IMG/VR virus record: IMGVR_UViG_3300006040_000001
Coordinates: 1 to 64,000 of that record
Reading direction: 5' to 3' (one strand)
Length of the DNA: 64,000 nt
DNA from: a virus
Shown piece after piece: positions 60,028-64,000 of this stretch (position 1 is the first letter of the stretch; each line of letters starts with the position of its first letter). The notes beneath the pieces were generated by a model, which did no database searches, was not told where the DNA came from, and saw only the letters and a program-made list of their open reading frames with translations. Made by a program: the position numbers and the translations under genes.

Positions 60028-61434
60028 ATGCCTATCGTGAATCTACCGCCCAATCCGCCTAAAGCGAGTCAGGCTACCCCTAAACCGATTACTATAACGA
60101 CTCCTGATTATCGTCACGGAGTTGTAGACAGTCGAGTGACCCCTAGCAGTGCGTTACTAACACACATCGAAGGGATGAGTTGGATAGTAGATTACTATTC
60201 ACAGGTACTAGGCGGTGATGAGGAATTATCAGAATTCCAACCGAATCAGATTGCCCCCTATCAGCAATATCATTTAATCCATCGGTACGAGCTAAAGCTA
60301 CAAGACTCACTCAACACCAGTATTAACGAAGAGACTGGCGTAGCGTCTATTACGGGCACTGCGGTAATCTATCCATTCATGACCCCTAATACAGGCGATC
60401 CGTTTATAGCAGATGTCGGCGATGGCCGTGCTGGTCAGTTTACGATCACATCCGTTACGCCTAAATCGATATTCAAACAAACGTGCTACGAGATTAATTT
60501 CGAACTATCGCGTTTTGTAGATGAGGCTTTAGTAGGCGTACTAGCGACACACGTAGTGCAGACCAGTTACTACGATCGTGATTTTATACTCTATGGCCAA
60601 AACCCCGTTATTACTAGCGAGGAGTTGGCTGCTAAAACCACGTTACAGACACACCACAGTAACTTAATGACGCAGTGGATGGTTATGTTCTACAGTCAGG
60701 AGTTCAGGACATTCCTAGTACCCGGCCAGGTAGGTGCGACATATGATCCTTACGTCGTACGCGCGATGTTTAGAATGTATAATCAGGCCGAACATCCGTT
60801 ACTGCAACGTGCCCGTGAGCTGAATGTCGATGGTTCGCCTCACGTGTTTCAGCATTCGTTCTGGGATGCTTTATTGGACATGAACCCTAATCTACTATTC
60901 GATGCGTTTCACGATAGTCAATTAATACCCATTGGCGTATGGTTGCCACATGCATATTTTGATAGTATACGGTTCAGCGGTGTACAATACGTGGTCGGTG
61001 CTAAAACGTTAGTTAATTCAGTGGATCGCGATTATGCTTACGAGCAAACACCAATGGGTACAGAATTACGTGACCTAGGTGATTTCGCTGTAGACCTAGC
61101 CTCGTTGTTGTACAACAACGTATTAGGTGAGTTTACCTATCCAGGCGATCCACCGTTAACACCCGGTAATGCATTCCTCTCCACTGAGATACCTGCGGTA
61201 CACGCTGTAGCACTTAGCGAAGGTTATTTCTTATCAGCGCATTACTACGCCGATAACGCAGCGGGTATGTCCAAGCTGGAATTAATGTTAAAAGATTTCT
61301 TTAATACAGGATACCCTAACCGCACAGCACTCTATGGGTTCTGCGAGTCAGCACGTAGTTGGGGGCGTTTAGAGAAGTTTTATTATATCCCGGTACTGCT
61401 AGCCTTATTAAAGATATCGTTGAGGTCGATATGA
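60028..61434 (+). CDS. virion structural protein (phiKZ gp99-like, neck/tail)
   Basis: 468 aa; EGMSWIVDYYSQ, PNTGDPFIADVGDGR, FYYIP. Confidence 0.7.
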   Translation: MPIVNLPPNPPKASQATPKPITITTPDYRHGVVDSRVTPSSALLTHIEGMSWIVDYYSQVLGGDEELSEFQPNQIAPYQQYHLIHRYELKLQDSLNTSINEETGVASITGTAVIYPFMTPNTGDPFIADVGDGRAGQFTITSVTPKSIFKQTCYEINFELSRFVDEALVGVLATHVVQTSYYDRDFILYGQNPVITSEELAAKTTLQTHHSNLMTQWMVMFYSQEFRTFLVPGQVGATYDPYVVRAMFRMYNQAEHPLLQRARELNVDGSPHVFQHSFWDALLDMNPNLLFDAFHDSQLIPIGVWLPHAYFDSIRFSGVQYVVGAKTLVNSVDRDYAYEQTPMGTELRDLGDFAVDLASLLYNNVLGEFTYPGDPPLTPGNAFLSTEIPAVHAVALSEGYFLSAHYYADNAAGMSKLELMLKDFFNTGYPNRTALYGFCESARSWGRLEKFYYIPVLLALLKISLRSI

Positions 61435-62000
61435 GCGATCCTAGTTATCAGATATTCCATAGCCATTGGCTATGTGAGGTACCCGATATATTCTGCTACA
61501 GTGATGCCTACGTACGCGAGATCGGGTTTATTACATCCGGCGATAAAAAGATAGATGCTGCGTTAAGATCAGCTCCGCGTGATATCTACTTAACGATTGC
61601 TGCCATGATCACGTATTACGAAGAAGGCGCTCCTATTCGGTTTAAATCGCTAGACGATGTAAAGTCCATACATCGTCTTATTATCGAGCACTTACGTAAC
61701 TGGTTATTTATCGTGCAGACAGTGATAGATGCCGAAGCCCCGCCTATCGAGGACTTCTACCGGATGGATGAGTTTGCCCAAGCAATATTCCCAGCGACCA
61801 TAGGTACCTCGGATACCGTCGTAAAATCTGAACTATCCGCGCGTATATCTGTTACGCAGCGCGGGTTTAAAGGATTAGGAGGTCGCTTACCTATACGTAC
61901 TACCACAGCCGGGCTATCTGACGCAGAACTGGCTAAGCCGCGACATCAGTCCTGTATTAATGAGCTCGCTACGTTGCTGACTCCGATGGAGGAACTATGA
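61431..62000 (+). CDS. conserved phiKZ-like protein (gp100-like)
   Basis: ATGA-coupled start with GAGG RBS; APPIEDF motif. Confidence 0.65.
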   Translation: MSDPSYQIFHSHWLCEVPDIFCYSDAYVREIGFITSGDKKIDAALRSAPRDIYLTIAAMITYYEEGAPIRFKSLDDVKSIHRLIIEHLRNWLFIVQTVIDAEAPPIEDFYRMDEFAQAIFPATIGTSDTVVKSELSARISVTQRGFKGLGGRLPIRTTTAGLSDAELAKPRHQSCINELATLLTPMEEL

Positions 62001-63355
62001 ACATACAGCAATCCGTTGTCCAGCGCGAAATAGAAGCCATTATTAATAGTGGCTCTAAACCCGTCGTGTGTCGATGGGATATACAGATCCACGCCAACGG
62101 CAAAGTAATTGTGCCATTGGTCGTAATGAACGTAGAGTGTGAATCTAATTTCATACTAAACTACGCTGATCTGTTATCGATAGAGGTAGGCTTATTAGAA
62201 GGGGATTTAAACTACGATATCATACCACATAAAGCAGCGTTAGAGGTGACCATACGCCGGATACCTTTAACGGATGCTGTGATGCCAGTCGTAGATGACT
62301 ATAGCGGTGTAGAGACATTTCGCTATAGCGCCACACTGTACGATAATCAGTCTGGCATCTTAGAAGGAAACGCCCCTAACCTACACGACCAGCAGACCGC
62401 TAACCGCGGGAGTTATCTACCCGTTAAGTTACAACTAGTAGACCCTGTGATTGAACAGCTCCGTATGCAGACAGTGGGGGGTATATTTAGAAACATGACG
62501 GCTTTAGACCTCGTGATCTATCTACTAACCAAATACAGTGTGACGGGTATCCGTGAGTCTGGCGTAAAGGTAAAAGGAGTTACTGTCTTAAGTCAGTCTA
62601 CCGGCATTGTGCGTAAACATATTGCTATCCCGCACCTAACCCCAGTTATGAGCGTACCTGATATCGTGCATCAACAACACGGCGGGATATTCGCAGGTGG
62701 ATTTCATTACTACCTGCGGCGGCAGCAATGGTATATATACGCACCGTATGATATTAAAGCATACGCTAGATCTAAACGTAGCCTAACCCTGATCACCGTA
62801 CCAGCTAATCGATTCCCATCGCCTGAGCGATCCTACCGAGAAACCCCTACCCAGTTGTTTGTTATGGCAACCGGGGATTCCAAACACATAGACTTGTCCG
62901 AGCAAGCCCAGTTAAATGAAGGCAACGGGGTTCGGTTTATCGATGCGGATAAGGTATTCGAGGATTGGGGTAAGGTAGATAACAACCGACTAATAGTTAC
63001 TAGGGGCGATAACGTAAACGAAATTATATCGGAATCGCGTCCTAATAAACTGAACTATGTAAAAGAATCTAAGCAACGTATTACTACTAACTACATGCGT
63101 GAGTACGGTGAGCTAGCTCGCCGGTCGGGTAGCTTCATACACCACGTATGGGAAAACGCTAACCCGGATCTATTATACCCGGGCATGCCTGTTAAGTTAA
63201 TGTACTTACAAAACAACTCTGCGGAGGAAATATATGGCATACTGGTTGGGGTTCATGCGTTTAATACAGCCGAAACTAAAGGGATGGCCAATCGTCGATT
63301 CATCACCAATGCCACCCTCACTGTGTTCATCAACCGACATCTCACAACTACCTGA
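61997..63355 (+). CDS. virion structural protein, probable baseplate hub/tail tip (gp101-like)
   Basis: 452 aa; WYIYAPYD, WENANPDLLYPGMPV. Confidence 0.7.
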   Translation: MNIQQSVVQREIEAIINSGSKPVVCRWDIQIHANGKVIVPLVVMNVECESNFILNYADLLSIEVGLLEGDLNYDIIPHKAALEVTIRRIPLTDAVMPVVDDYSGVETFRYSATLYDNQSGILEGNAPNLHDQQTANRGSYLPVKLQLVDPVIEQLRMQTVGGIFRNMTALDLVIYLLTKYSVTGIRESGVKVKGVTVLSQSTGIVRKHIAIPHLTPVMSVPDIVHQQHGGIFAGGFHYYLRRQQWYIYAPYDIKAYARSKRSLTLITVPANRFPSPERSYRETPTQLFVMATGDSKHIDLSEQAQLNEGNGVRFIDADKVFEDWGKVDNNRLIVTRGDNVNEIISESRPNKLNYVKESKQRITTNYMREYGELARRSGSFIHHVWENANPDLLYPGMPVKLMYLQNNSAEEIYGILVGVHAFNTAETKGMANRRFITNATLTVFINRHLTTT

Positions 63356-63362
63356 GCCGAGC

Positions 63363-63659
63363 GTGACTGAACCATTAGATCACATCACCGTAACAGTCGA
63401 GGCTACGGATTTAACGACTCAATGGCGTATCGCTCTAAACGGCGATACCGTAGGCTACCGTTACCAACTACGATTGATACTTACATCCGGTAAGTTAAAG
63501 TATATGGCAGTAGCTGTAGATACCGATACTAACCTAGCTGACCTAACCCCTCATGCATTAGTAGAAATATTAACAGCACTTACTGCCATAATGCAGCACC
63601 AACTACAGTCAACCAGCTTTTTTATTTTAGGTATAGAACCACACGGAGTTAAGAAATGA
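63363..63659 (+). CDS. hypothetical protein (start uncertain)
   Basis: Fills the gap between the gp101-like gene and tmk; ATGA-coupled to tmk. Confidence 0.5.
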   Translation: MTEPLDHITVTVEATDLTTQWRIALNGDTVGYRYQLRLILTSGKLKYMAVAVDTDTNLADLTPHALVEILTALTAIMQHQLQSTSFFILGIEPHGVKK

Positions 63660-64000
63660 TTCATAAGAGCGGATATTTTATTACGGTAGAAGGCGTTGAC
63701 GGCTCGGGTAAAACCGGTGTAGTCGTACCGGCTCTCTGTGAGTTTTTAAACCAGCATCTTATTAAACCCGTAGTAACACGCGAACCCGGTGGAACGCCGT
63801 TCGCAGAGGCTATACGTACTTTGTTTAAAAGCGATGTATGTAATGATGTAGATCACACAGCGCTTGCGTTATTAGTCAGTGCCGCTAGACGCGACCATGT
63901 TACACGTGTAATCATGCCGGCCTTAGCTAATGGATCTGTAGTAGTTAGTGACCGCTACATAGCGACCACCGTAATGTATCAGTATAACGCTAAAGACCTA
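63656..64000 (+). CDS. tmk: thymidylate (dTMP) kinase, runs off the window end
   Basis: Not in the ORF track; translates FITVEGVDGSGKT...TREPGGTPFAEAIR...AARRDHV...VVSDRY. Confidence 0.93.
   Translation, partial: MIHKSGYFITVEGVDGSGKTGVVVPALCEFLNQHLIKPVVTREPGGTPFAEAIRTLFKSDVCNDVDHTALALLVSAARRDHVTRVIMPALANGSVVVSDRYIATTVMYQYNAKDL

Noticed and set aside
1-64000. CRISPR array, tRNA or rRNA genes
   Set aside because: No regularly spaced direct repeats or cloverleaf/rRNA-like segments seen by eye; intergenic gaps are short
1-64000. Stop-codon reassignment
   Set aside because: Conserved genes are full length in the standard code, and TAG, TGA and TAA all terminate genes, often right before hairpins

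Overview
This window is a 64-kb segment of a phiKZ-like, nucleus-forming jumbo phage (Chimalliviridae-type) genome in the standard genetic code. In order it carries: (1) a probable chimallin gene and the non-virion RNA polymerase block (beta'-N with NADYDGD, SbcD, ChmC-like, gp68-like, PicA-like, beta-C, beta'-C, SF2 helicase); (2) early accessory genes and a macrodomain; (3) a virion RNAP beta' fragment; (4) the exonuclease/motif-A half of the split family-B DNA polymerase, interrupted by a complete group I intron with an HNH homing endonuclease; (5) an expanded family of protease-processed internal head proteins plus baseplate/neck genes; (6) a 5-kb early island of apparently paralogous orphan domains; (7) the start of a dTMP kinase. 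Best leads: a candidate programmed -1 frameshift (T TTT TTT with an internal GGAGG 10 nt upstream) fusing the 514-aa and 146-aa genes at about 24.8 kb, in the style of tail-assembly-chaperone G/GT pairs; the intron splitting polymerase motif A; a hairpin+TATGCC signal that follows gene polarity; a two-module head polyprotein; and the paralog island. phiKZ gp numbers are assigned from recalled synteny and motifs, not from database searches.
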